34,619 nt of DNA, taken from a virus. Taxonomy: Duplodnaviria; Caudoviricetes. Both the position numbers and the translations under genes were made by a program. Every line of letters begins with the position of its first letter. Position 1 is the stretch's first letter. This document shows, piece after piece, positions 5,084 to 18,900 of this stretch. The notes below the pieces were generated by a model. The model was not told the DNA's origin. It saw only the letters and a list, made by a program, of their open reading frames with translations, and ran no database searches. Location: positions 1-34,619 of IMG/VR virus record IMGVR_UViG_3300021356_000072. One strand, written 5' to 3'.

Positions 5084-6991
5084 ATGTCATTAGTCAACGT
5101 CTCATCTCTAGATTTTGAAGAAATCAAAGAGTCAATAAAAAGTTACCTGAGAGCAGATGGTACTTTTACTGACTATGACTTTGAAGGATCTAACTTCAGT
5201 GTGTTGTTAGACACTTTGGCATATAACACGTATATTAGTTCCTACAACGCTAATATGCTGACCAATGAGGTGTTCCTTGATGGAGCAACCTTAAGAGAGA
5301 ACGTAGTGTCTCTTGCAAGAAATCTTGGATATATCCCTAGATCGGTTACTTCTGCGAGAGCAGTAATTAGTTTTTATCTTGATCTCACCAGTTTTGCCAC
5401 AAACCCAGTATCGGTAACTCTTAAGAAGGGTATTGTTGCAACTTCTTCAGTAAATTACTCTGGAAAGAACTATGTGTTCACCATTCCAGAAGATATTACT
5501 GTTCCTGTAAGTTCAGATACTGCGATTTTTGATGAAGTTACCATTTATGAAGGTGCATATGTTCAAAACACCTTTACAGTAGATGCAAATAATAAAAATC
5601 AAAGGTTTATTCTTCAAAATCCACGAATTGATACTGAATTAATTCGAGTTGAAGTAAGAGAGAGTAGAAATAGTAATGTAACTAGAGTTTATAAAAAGTC
5701 TGATAATTTAACGACCACAAAGGCAACAGATGATGTCTTTTTCCTCAATGAAATTGCTGATTCTAGATATGAACTGGTCTTTGGTGATGGTAGTTTTGGC
5801 AGTAAGCTTCAAAATGGTAATTACATCGTAGTAACCTATATTGTTACTAATGGTGAGCGTGCAAACGGCATTAATAAGTTCTCATTTACTGGTAGATTTA
5901 TCGATAACAATGGATCACCCATAAAGATCACTTCACCCCTCGTAGAGACGATCCAGAGCACCGCATACGGCGCTCCTATAGAGAGTGTGGAGTCAGTTAA
6001 GAAGCTTGCTCCTAGGGTATATGCATCACAAAACAGAGCAGTTACTGCTAATGACTATGAAGCACTAATTCCTCAAATATATCCAGAAGCAGAGTCAGTA
6101 TCTGTGTTTGGTGGAGAGGAATTAACTCCACCAAAATATGGCAAAGTCTTCATCACGGTAAAACCACAAAATGGTTCATATTTACCTAACATTGTTAAAG
6201 ATAATATTAAAACTCTTCTGAGAAGATATGCCGTAGCAGGAATTATTCCAGAATTTATCGATCTCAAATATCTGTATATTGAATATTATACCAACGTTTA
6301 TTATAACCAGAACCTTGGTAATGCTGAAGGAATTAAATCTGCAGTATCTAAAAATCTCGAAAAGTACGCTGCTTCTGATGAGTTAAATAGATACGGTTCA
6401 AGGTTTAGATATAGTAAGTTCTTGAAACTAATTGACGACACATCTGTTGCAATTACTTCTAACATCACCTCCATTGCAATTAGAAGAGATGTAAAACTTA
6501 CATTAAATGTGTTTAGTGAGAATGAAATTTGCTTCGGCAACAAAATACACATTAAGAACCAAACTGGATACAACTTCAAAACCAGTGGAGTTCAAATTGA
6601 AGGTATAACTGGAACAGTTTACTTTAGCGATACTCCAAGTTCAGATGGAATGACTGGAAATGTATTTGCATTTAAGTTAAATGCTTCTTCGCAACCCATC
6701 ATTGTCAGGCAAAACGTTGGAATTATTGATTATGAAAAGGGTGAAATTAAGTTGAATGCCCTTAACTTTACAAATACATCGAAATTGAAGTTTGGCGACA
6801 ATATTATGGAAGTATCCATAATTCCAAGATCAAATGACATCATTGGTCTCCAAGATTTGTATCTACAACTCGATACAACTACTTCGGAAGTAACAATGGT
6901 CTCTGATGTTATCTCTTCTGGAGCAGACCTCTCAGGATCTCAATACATAGTATCATCTAGCTACTTAAACGGCGCATACGTAAGGTTATAA
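5084..6991 (+). CDS. gp6: Baseplate wedge subunit gp6
   Basis: 635 aa; LDFEEIK...DYDFEGSNFSVLLDTLAYNT, ELVFGDG and QNRAVTANDYE motifs of T4 gp6/baseplate J. Confidence 0.93.
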   Translation: MSLVNVSSLDFEEIKESIKSYLRADGTFTDYDFEGSNFSVLLDTLAYNTYISSYNANMLTNEVFLDGATLRENVVSLARNLGYIPRSVTSARAVISFYLDLTSFATNPVSVTLKKGIVATSSVNYSGKNYVFTIPEDITVPVSSDTAIFDEVTIYEGAYVQNTFTVDANNKNQRFILQNPRIDTELIRVEVRESRNSNVTRVYKKSDNLTTTKATDDVFFLNEIADSRYELVFGDGSFGSKLQNGNYIVVTYIVTNGERANGINKFSFTGRFIDNNGSPIKITSPLVETIQSTAYGAPIESVESVKKLAPRVYASQNRAVTANDYEALIPQIYPEAESVSVFGGEELTPPKYGKVFITVKPQNGSYLPNIVKDNIKTLLRRYAVAGIIPEFIDLKYLYIEYYTNVYYNQNLGNAEGIKSAVSKNLEKYAASDELNRYGSRFRYSKFLKLIDDTSVAITSNITSIAIRRDVKLTLNVFSENEICFGNKIHIKNQTGYNFKTSGVQIEGITGTVYFSDTPSSDGMTGNVFAFKLNASSQPIIVRQNVGIIDYEKGEIKLNALNFTNTSKLKFGDNIMEVSIIPRSNDIIGLQDLYLQLDTTTSEVTMVSDVISSGADLSGSQYIVSSSYLNGAYVRL

Positions 6992-6995
6992 AGAT

Positions 6996-9900
6996 ATGCA
7001 AAATAGAGTTCAAATCAAGAATCTCGTTCAGGACCAAGTTCCTCAGTACGTTAGAGATCAGTATCCAGAATTCGTTGAGTTTTTAGTAGATTACTATAGA
7101 ACTCTTGAAGATCCTGGTGGTCCACTTGATATTGTCAATAATATTGATAATTATACTGCACTTGAGCAGTTAGCAGAACTCGTATATAAAACAGATTCAA
7201 CAGAATCTGTTGGATATAGTACTGATATTGTTAGGGTAACTGATACTTACGGATTTCCAGAAAAAAATGGTCTAATTAAAATTAATAGTGAGCTGATTCA
7301 CTATAAATCTAAAACACCTACTAGTTTTAATGGTTGTTCTAGAGGGTTCTCTGGAATTACTTCATATTATTCATCAGAATCAATCCCTCCTGACTTTGAG
7401 AGGAGTTTAGTTGGTATTCATAGTAGTGGTGTAGATGTATTCAATTTGAATGCATTATTTTTAACAGAGTTATACCGAAAGTATAAGAGACAGTATGCTC
7501 CTGGATTTGATGACATTCAATTCTTTGAGGCAATTAATGAAAAAGTTGCTGTTGCAAGAATAAAGGACTTTTATGCAGCAAAAGGTGCAAACTCTTCGTT
7601 TGAAGTTTTATTTAAGTTATTATATGGTGTTGATGTTGATGTTATCAAACCTAGAGACTTCCTTATTCAACCATCTGATGCTGATTATAGAATCACCAGA
7701 GACCTGGTTGTAGAGAGACTTATTGGTGATCCAGAAGAATTAGTAAACAGAACTCTTTATCAAGATCCAACTGATAAAATTCAAAAAGCAGCGGGTACAA
7801 TCACCGACGTTGAGAAGATTTTTAGAGATGGTGAAGAATATTACAGACTTAGTTTAGATTATAACCCAGAATTAGAGACTTTTGTATTTACAGTACACCC
7901 GAAAACAAGAGTAACAAATCCAGTTTCTATTGGTCAAACTTATATTGACGTAGATTCAACTCTTAGTTTTGATAATGAAGGAACTCTTGTCATTTTTGAC
8001 AATGAAGTAGAATATCAAATTGAGTATGGATCTAAAAGTTCTACTCAATTCTTTGGATTATCTTCTCCAGTTGCATTGAGTCTCAATCAAAATATTACAA
8101 CTCCAGATTACGCTTACGCCACTGTTGAAGGTGATGAGATTAGAGTAAAAGTCACTGGAGTTCTTGGTGATCTTGAATTTAATAGAGAAGATTCATACTA
8201 TTATCAATCAGGAGATCAAATTGAGATTGTTTCTTTAGGAACAAATAGTGATGATTATAGAACAAAGAGTTGGATAATTAACTCTACTCCAGAATATGAG
8301 ATTTCGGAACTGACACAGGTTGCACTTAAATTAAATGGTGCTGCTCAGTATAGAGTTAAGACATTTGATCCACATATCTTTACTTTAGGTGATATTGGAA
8401 CTGTTACTGGTAGTGATGGTAACCAGTATGATATCTTTGTAATTGCAGTTTCTGATGAGTATGAGTTTGATATAAACTTAACTACAGTTATCAATACAAC
8501 TCAGGTAAAGTATACTATTAGAAAGGGTGTATCTAAAACCGAATCTATAAGTAACCCACAATTGAATATTATGTCTGCCAATGTGCAGAATGTATATGTT
8601 GATGATGAAGATACTTATGTTGTAGCTTCTTCTCTACCAGATTACTACAATACACCAATTACAGTAGAAGATTTATCGGTTACTTTTAGTGGTCAATTTG
8701 ATGGTGAAGATATAACGATTGGTGCAAACGCATTTACTACAGGAGATGCAATTAATTACTCGTATAACAATAATATTGGATTAGATATTCTTGAAGGACA
8801 GTATTTTGTATTTAAGGTAAATTCCTCTACAATTAGATTAGCAACTTCTAGATCTAATATTAGAAGTGGAATTTTTGTTAAAGTTTTTGGAACAGTTTTT
8901 AACAATAAATTTGAGTTATTGCGATTCCAAAATCAAACTCTTCAACCACAGGATGTTATTAGAAAGTTCTCTCCACCAAAACCCGCAGATGATCCAGAAG
9001 AGGCAATAACAGTTCCAGGAAATATTGGAATGTTAGTCAACGGTGTTGAAATTATTAACTATAAATCATCAGATACTGTTTACTATGGTCCAATTAAGTC
9101 TATTAATGTTTCTGCACCAGGAGATAGTAATTATGATGTAATTAATCCACCAATTATTACTATTGATGATAATATTGGAATTGGTAATACAACATTTGGA
9201 ACTGGTGCTGAGGCAGTTGTTAATGTTAAAGGATCCTTAAGTAGGATCAACATAATTGATAAGGGTTTTGATTATGTTGAGGAACCAAAAGTTACCATCT
9301 CTGGTGGTAATGGTAATTCTGCAGAGGCAAAATGTAATATTTCAAAAGTAGTACATTCAGTATCATTTAATGCTGGTAGTTTGTACAATAATTTGAATCT
9401 TGCTGACAATACTATTGGTTTTTCCACTGATCATAGATTCCGCGATTTAGAAAAAGTTCTATATTCTCGACAAGATCAAGATGCTGTTGGTGGATTAGTT
9501 GATGATAATATTTACTTTGTTAAAAAAATCAGTCCAACTACAATTAGACTTCATAACACTTTAGAAGATGCTATTGTTGGTTTAAATACCGTTAATTTTA
9601 CATCTTATGGTGATGGTCTTCAAAAAATAATTGCATTCGATAAGAAAAATGTCGTTAGTTCTGTTGAAATTGTAAATCCAGGAGAAGGATATACAAATAA
9701 AACATTATTCTTTGAAGAGGATCATGTAAATAACTATGATAATAAGATTGAGTATCCAAATCATGGATATAACAATAGAGAGATAATTAGATTTAATAGC
9801 GAGGGAACTTTACCTGTAGGTCTTAATTCTACATCAGAATATTACGTAAGTGTTGTTGACAAAGATTCATTTAGAGTCGCAGAGTATAGACCTGTAGGTG

Positions 9901-12900
9901 TTGGTAGCACATTGCCTTCGGATTACAATTATATTAACAGAAGATTTGTAGATTTCACTGACGGTGGAACAGGTATTCATAATATTTCTTATAGACCAAT
10001 CACAGTCTCTCTTGAAGCACCTATTGGAATCACAACAACATCTGGCCAAGACTTTTTTGCAAAAATTGAACCTGTATTTACTGGAGATATTACATCAATA
10101 TCCCTTAAGAACCGTGGTAATGGATATGGCGACGAAAATGTAATAAATTACAACAGACAACCAAATATTACATTATCTAGTGGCAGTGGAGCACAATTAA
10201 GTGCAATTGTATCTTCTGCAGGGATAATTATTGGTATTATTGTCAACTTTGGTGGTTCTGGATACAATTCTCCACCAGAAATTAGAACTATTGGAGCTGG
10301 TGATGGTGCAATCTTAACACCTATCATTGAAAATGGAGTTATAACAGAAGTTAGAATTATTGATGGTGGATTTGGGTATAAGCAGGTAGATACTGTTGTA
10401 CAAGTTGTTCCAACAGGATCTGGAGCACAATTTAGAGCAAATATTACATCATGGTCTGTTAACTATATTGAAAAAATTATTCAATCAGAAAAACTAAATC
10501 CTGATGATGGAATTATTACATCAGCTTTAAGTGTAGAAAAAGGTCTTCAGTATGTTCATGGATATGCTGGTAGAGAATTCAGACGTAAGGTTCTTGCAAC
10601 ATCAATTGATATTGATGGAAATCCTATTTACAGAGATGATATTGAAAATGACACCAATTCTGTCCTGTATCACTCTCCAATTATTGGTTGGGCATATGAT
10701 GGTCATCCAATTTATGGTCCATATGGATATGCAGATAAAGAGGGTGGCGCAGTTAAGCGTTTACAGACTAGTTACAGTCTTCAACTTAAAGCAAATAGAC
10801 CAGGAACTGCACAGTTCCCAGCAGGTATTTTCTTAGAAGATTATTCATATGTTGGTGATGGTGATTTAGACATTCACAACGGAAGATATTGCAAAACTCC
10901 AGAGTTTCCAAATGGAATCTATGCTTACTTCGCAACTATCAACTCAACACCAGAATCTAGTGGTCCATTAAATGGATATAAAAAACCACTATTCCCATAT
11001 ATTATTGGAGACTCATATAAATCAAAACCAATTAGTTACAATTTTGAAAGGTTATCAAATACATTATTCTATAATATTAACGAAAGTGGTTGGGTTAGAT
11101 ATACTGGTCATTTAGGTCTCCTTAATAACTACACTAAGTATTCTGGATTCTTACAACCCGATGATTTCTCTGAGGGATTCACTGAAATTGAGACTACCAG
11201 TCCAGGAGAACTGAGCAGATTGAATATTGTGTCTCCTGGAGATAACTATTCTCTTGCTGACCAAATCTTCTTTGATAACCAAGGCAGTGGTGGATCTGGT
11301 GCATATGCAAGAATCACTGAAATTGAAGGAAAGAGTGTTCAGAACATTCAGTATAATCAATTTGTTCTGAACAATGTTCAATTTACACCATTTAAACAAG
11401 ATGGTAGGTATGTTGGATTTGGTAGTACAGCACATGGATACAAAGATGGCGATATAGTCTCTATTCAAAATCTTAATATATTATCAACTCAATTTAGTAG
11501 TTCTTATCCAATTGGAATTACTACTAATACATTAGTATTAACAAACACTATCGGTGATGCAGCTGCTACTGGTATCGTTACCTTCTTTAATGTGTCGGGT
11601 AATATGTCTTTCCCCACACTATCGAATAATGACATATATCAAATTGATTCTGAATTAGTTAGAGTTCTAAATGTTTTCCAAGATGATGGAAGAATAAGAG
11701 TTCAGCGATCAATTAACGGCACTAGTGGTATTCACACCAGTGGTGCTGAAATTATTGAGCAAACTAGAAAGTTAACGGTAAATACTGGATTCTCCACATC
11801 TACAGAGTATCGTTTAGATAAAACATACTACTTTGATCCAGTAGAATCAGTTATTATCTCTGCAGAAAACCTTCTTCTTTATTCCGATCCTGTTCCCAGT
11901 GGTATTAGTACTCAGTGGAATTACTATACTGCAGGTATTGGTACAGGAACTATCAATTACTACGATTCTGCTGCACCAGACGGAACAACAGAGGCAGCTA
12001 AAGTTTCTTTTGGTTCAACTACAGGTAGTTCTGATGCATTTGGACTTCAGTATGAATCTGTAGGTCTTTCTGCTGATGATTATGTTGCATCTGTATTCTT
12101 AAGAGGTGACATTGGAGGAGAGGAGGTTTATCTGATACTTGAGGATGGTCTTACGTACCATAATTCAAAAGTCACTCTGACAAAGAAATGGCAGAGATTC
12201 TCATTCCAAGCATTTACAAGTGCTGGTCAACACAGATTTAAGATTGGTACTTTTGGATCTCAGGGTCTTGTAACAAATATTACATCAACAATATATGTTT
12301 GGGGTGCTCAAGTAGAGCAAGGTGTTCTTAGAAGCACATATTATAGTACCCAAGGTTCTGCTTTAACTAGAAATCAGAATAAGTCTGGTCTCCTTTACAT
12401 TAGTAATCCAGGACTTTCCCAAGAGTCTATTGTTAACCCAAGATTAAATACGTTCTTCCTCCCAGAGCACGGATTCAAAACCAATGATTTTCTTACTTAC
12501 AATGTAGGTGCTGGTGGAACTGGAGTTAGCGTCAGTATTGCAGCAACCACATTCCCATTAGAAAACGACGACAAACTTTATATTGCAGCATACGATGATA
12601 ACTTTATTGGTATATCTACCATGAAAGTTGGTGTTGGATCTACTGGAGGATTTGTTGGTGTTGGAACGGAACCATTAAAACTATTCTCACTATCCGATTA
12701 TGGTGGTGGTGAAATTCATAGTTTTACAACAAATAATGAATTAACTATTGTTGGTGATGTTTACAAAAAAACAGCAACTGTTACGACCAAACTAGCACAT
12801 AATTTGGGTGATGGAGATGGAGTTTCTATTAATGTAACTTCTGGTATTCAAACGTCTTTCAGAATTACATACGATGATGTCAATCGTCGTATGCTTGTCA

Positions 12901-15900
12901 ATCCAAGGAATTTTATTGATTCTGACGTTGATATTAATAGAAATAGTATTACTATTCCAAATCATGGGTTTAGAAATGGTGAGAAAGTTATTTTCAACTC
13001 ATCTTCCGCTCCAGTAGGTTTAACAAACTCTGCCCTTTATTATGTAATTAAACTTGATGATGATACTATTTCACTATCAAATTATTATTATGAAGTAATT
13101 TCATCTAATGAGAATGTTGAGATTATTAATATTGAAACTCAATCTTTTGGTAAACTGAGTTCTGTAAATCCAGAGATAACTGGAGTCAGAGATTCTACTA
13201 TTGTATTTGATCTGTCGGATCAAACACTTGTTGCTAACTCATTGCCAGCATTCAATTTCTACCTGTACACTGATGAAGAACTCACTGATGAATTTTTCTT
13301 TGCAGAAAAAATACAGAAAGAATTTGACTTCCTTGGAGATGATGCACCAGAGACCAATGCATTTAGTGTAAAAACATCAGGTGTTGTTGGAGATCCTAAT
13401 GCAAAACTAGAATTAATTATTGATGATAGTGTTCCTACCAATCTGTTCTATAATTTAGTTCCCATTGAGTATAATGGCGCATCTATTGATAAGTTGGGAA
13501 TCATCAATGATAGATTCAACATTAGAAACTCAAATAAATTATCAATCATTGATAGTGGTTACAATTTAACTACTCGTATCACTGGTGTTACTTCTACAAG
13601 TTTTAATTACACACTTAGAGATACTCCAGAAAGAGAATTCTATCCAGACAATGAAGCAAATATAAAATACTCTACTACTTCATTAACTGCTATTGGACCC
13701 GTCAATAAAGTTCAATTAGATTCTGCTGGACGTGGTTACAGATCACTTCCTAATGTTAGTAAAGTAGTTAGTGCTGGTGGAACTGGTGCAATTTTCTTAC
13801 CATCAAGTACACGTATAGGTAAAGCAGATTCTGTTGTTCTTACCGATATTGGATTTGATTATCCACCAGATAAAACTTTGCGTCCTATCGCACAGTTCCC
13901 CTATACTTATAAAATTGAACCTCTATCTAAGTTTGATACCATTAAGATCAATAATCCAGGTGTAAATTATTTTATTCCACCACAACTGGTAGTTCTTGAT
14001 GGATTTACTGGAAGAGTTAACTCAGAAGTTTCTCTTGACTATAATATTGGAGATACAGAAGTAACAATCGTAAGAAATACTACGGGTCTTTATAATGTAA
14101 CTCCAAAAATTCTCCCAATTAACAATCCAAATGGAGTTAGAATTCAAAGCATTTCTTTTGACAGTAGTACAAAGGATGTAGTCATTGGATTTGCTGTTAC
14201 TTTCAGTAGTTCCCAAGACTATCCATTTAAAGTTGGTGATAAGGTAATTGTTGAGAACACTAATACAGACACAACAGTATCTAATCCTAAAGGATTCAAT
14301 TCTGCAGATTATGAGTATACTTTGTTTACCTTAACTGCAGTAGATCCAGATTTACTTGGAGACAACCCAACAATCACTTATAATTTAGCAGACTACTTAA
14401 AAGCTGGAGAACAACCAGGTAATTTTGATAGTTTTGATTCTTTTGGTACTGTAACACCAGAATCTTACTTCCCACAATTCGATATTGAATTGGAAAAAGA
14501 TTCGTTTAGAGCAGGTGAGGTTATTATTGCTCAAGACGATAATGTTGGTGTTGTTCAATCTTATGATCTAAGAAATGAGTACCTTAGAGTAAGATCTAAA
14601 GTTCCATTCTCTCAAAATGATTTGATTATTGGTCAATCCTCTCAGAATAAAGGTTTAATATCTTCTGTTGATGGTATTAGTTCCAAATACAAGATTGGAT
14701 CGAATAGTATTACTAAAAAGGGTTGGTTAAAAGATACTGGTAAATTAAATCAGTTCTTCCAAAGAATGCATGATAATGATTATTATCAATACTTCTCATA
14801 TTCTGTTAGATCTTCTATCAGCTATGAAAAGTGGAATCCAATTGTAAGTAATCTTAATCATACTGCAGGATTTAAGAAGTTTAGTGAACTTATCATTGAT
14901 TCTTATGATCCAACAATATCTGGCATTCAAACCGCACAAGATCTTAATACTGTTGTTGCTATCTCCGATCTTACAAATATTGTTGATATCAATACTGTAA
15001 AAGACTTTGACATTGCTAGAGAAAAGAGTATTGATGTTAGTGGGACACTGGTGTCAAATGAAGTCCTATTTAATTTACCGTTCCTTGCAAAATATCAAGA
15101 ATTCATTGGTAACAGAGTTCTTACTATTGATGACTTCAGTGATCAATTTAATGGAGTTCAAAGAGGATTTGAATTATTTACAGATAGAAATCCTATTTTT
15201 GAAATTGAATTTAATGGAAGCGATGCTGCAAACATCAGTGTTGGTGAGGGAACTATTAACGTTCTAAACCACTATTTTGTAAGTGGTGAACTTATTCAGT
15301 ACATTCCCCCAGACAATAATAGAGCAAATGCTATTCAAATTCAAGAAACTGACTTTGGTGTTGGAATTGGTACAACAACTTTCCTTCCTTCCCAGTTCTT
15401 TATTATTAAACAAGATAATCAGAAGGTTAGAGTTGCAACTTCTGCAACTAATGCACTTCTGTTTAATCCAATTGGTGTTGGATTGACTGGAGTTGGTATT
15501 GGTTCTACACACATCTTTAGGGCAATTGAACCCAATAACAGACTCCTTGTTACTATTAATGGAACAATTCAATCACCAATGGTTGGAACTGCAGTAACAA
15601 CTGCGTTGACTGCAAATGTTGGTATTGGAAGCACCGTTATTGACGTTGTAGGAATTACCTCTATCTTCGGAGGAGACATCCTTAGAGTTAATGATGAAGT
15701 AATGCTCATTGCTGCATCTGATAATACAAATAATACTTTAACAGTCAGAAGAGGGTGGATGGGATCTGTTGAAGCATCTCATAGTTCCTCTGATGTAATG
15801 ACAAAACAATCTGGTAACTATGCTGTTGTTCGCAATACTATTCACTTTATCGAAGGTCCATGGGGAAATCTTCCTGTTGGTTTAGGAACTACAGCACAAG

Positions 15901-18900
15901 ATGCTGGTGATGTTGATTATTCTGGATTAACAACAAGTTCTAGATTTAGTGGTCGTATCTTCCTGAGATCTGCACTTAATCAGGCATTTACCACAAGCTT
16001 CTTACCAGCATACGATAACAACTATATCTATGATGATATATCTGATCAGTTTAATGGTATCACTACATCGTTTACTTTGAAGTATGAGGGAGCAGATATT
16101 GATAATGTTACTGCAGAGAATACCATCATCTTGATCGATGATATATTCCAAGGTCCTCAAAGACTTGGTAATGTTCTTACAAATATTGAAGGTGATTATA
16201 AGTTAGAAGCAGGTGGTGGAGCACTACAACTTGGTTTTAATGGTCAAGTTACTGATCCATCAAATCATAATGATATCAATGTGAACAAACTTCCTAAGGG
16301 TGGAGTTATTGTTAGCGTTGAATCAAAAGAAGGTTACGGTTTCCAACCTTTAGTTGGTGCAGGTGCAACCGCTCTTGTTTCTGCAGCAGGAACAATTACC
16401 AGTATCTCAATTGGTAATACTGGATCTGGATATAGATCTGGTCTGCAAACAGTGTCTGTTGGTATTCAAACAGCAAGTTATGGTCCTGCTAATATTACTC
16501 CAGTTGGTGTTGCTACTGTTGTTGATGGACATGTAGTTGGAGTTGCAATTACAAACTCTAAGGTCTTCTATGCCCCTAGAGAAGTTGCTAATATTGGATA
16601 TAGTTCAGTAACTGGTGTTACTACAGTTACAACAACTACACCTCACAACTTACAGTTGGGAAGTGAAGTTCAAATTGTCGGTGCAGCGTTTACATGTGAC
16701 TATTACCCACCAGTAGACGTTACAAACGCTCTGTATGACACTACAACTGGTATTATGACAGTTACCACTGGAGTGTCAACATTTACAGTAACTGACTTTA
16801 CTTATGATAACACCACTGGTCTTGCAACAGTAACAACATTGGAACCAATGAAGATTGTTCCAATGACTGCGATCGGAAGAAGTTTTAGTCTTGCTGGTCT
16901 TGCACTTTCTTGTGTTGGATATGGCAATACAATTGCAGTTTATGATTTCCAGTATGATAATACAACTGGATTGGCGACAGTATTCACTACTGCAGATCAC
17001 GGTCTTAGTGCATCTGATGACTTTAAGATGAGAGAACTCATCTTTAGCTGTAATGTTGGAGGTCCTACAGGTTATGGTCAAACATTTACTATCACACAGT
17101 TCAAGTATGACAATGTTACTGGCCTGTCTACAATTACTACTTCTGATCCTATTACTGGCATTATAGGAATTGGTAGTGATATTAGACTTGACAATCTTGA
17201 GTTCTCTTGTCCAGGAGGATCTGGTATCACAACCACGATCTTCCCAGATGGAACTCAAGGCAATACATTTACAGTTACTAATGTAATTGCATCTGATCAA
17301 TTTGAATTAAATGTTGGTGTATCTACTATTCCACATACTTATGTTGAGAATGATGCTGGACAAGTAACTGCTGGTCTTACAACCACTAAGTTCCCTGATG
17401 GATCTCAAGGATACTTCTTTAATGTTAATAGTGTCGGAACAACAACTTCCTTTACTGTAAATGTTGGCGTATCTTCTATCTCTCATGCATATGTATCAGG
17501 TGGTGTTGTTCAAACTGGTATTACAACAAATATCTTCCCAGGAAATGCACAGAACTCTCCTCTCGGAGACACCTTTATTGTAACTTCTGCACCAAATTGG
17601 AATCAACTTACATTTAATGTAGGAATTTCTACGATCCCTCATAATTACCTTAGTGGAGGATCTCTTACCTTTGGTCATAAACTCAAGGTTGGTACTGACG
17701 TTGCACTTACTGGTCTTGCATTCACATGCTCTTATGATGGAGGAGTAGGAATTCTTACTCACCCAAGAGTAAGTGACCCAACATATTGCGGAACACAAGT
17801 TACTAGAATCAATAGTATTGATGAATTTGAAATCAATGTTGGCGTAAGCACTGCTGAATCTTTCTATACTTCTGGTGGTATTGTTGAGGAGATTATTCTT
17901 GCTCCTAGACCAATTAATAACTCCCCATCGGGACAAGACCCTGCAACTAATGGCACGTCTATTGTTAAGGTAATTGATGAGTTCTCCTTCATCATAAACT
18001 CTGGCCCATCTCCATACACTCATGCATATAAGAGATGTGGAGAGGTAAGAGTTCCTGTTGATGTGGTAATTGATCAACCATTACCATACTTCAACGTACC
18101 TCTGATTTATGCTGAAGGCAACACTGGATTTGGAACTGGAGCAACTGTTGATCTTGTTCCAAGTTTAGATAGCACAATGCTCAACTTTGAAGTTAACAAC
18201 TTTGGATATGGTTATGGATCTGGTGAAAAGTTGACAGTTGCCATTGGTGGAACTACAGGAATTCAAACCTTCGCAGCGAAGACCTCTAATGCAATTCTAC
18301 CAGTTGTTGCTGGTGGTGATTATCCACATACATTTGTAAGTGCGGAAGAGGGAAGTGTAACAGTAACGGGTATTGGTACAACTACTCCAACTGGTGCAAC
18401 ATACTCTGGTTCTACTGGAGAATTGGTCTTAACGATCCCAGGACACTCTTATACAACATCAAACACTGTTGGTATTGGAACCAGTACAATTGCATTTACC
18501 TGCGGTAGTGATGGTAATCAATCTGTCCTTTACTATCCGAAACCAACTGACCCAATTGCTGGTATTGTAACTGGAATCACAACTACAACTGCAAATACTA
18601 TCACTCTGTTTGTTGGTATTACAACTCTCGTTAAGTATCCAGTTACTGACGCTACATATGATCCTGACACTGGATTCTCAGTTCTTACTATTGGACCACA
18701 CAATTTAACAACAGCAAATACAATCAGACTTGCCAATGAGTCTCTTCTGTTCAAGTGTTCACTTGACGGTTATAGCACAATTGAGGCATATCCAAGACCA
18801 AACAAAGATACAAATATCTATGGTAAGTCTGTAGGTATTACTTCATATACTGCTGATAGCATCACTGTATTTGCTGGACCATCTCCCGAGGGTCTTAGAT

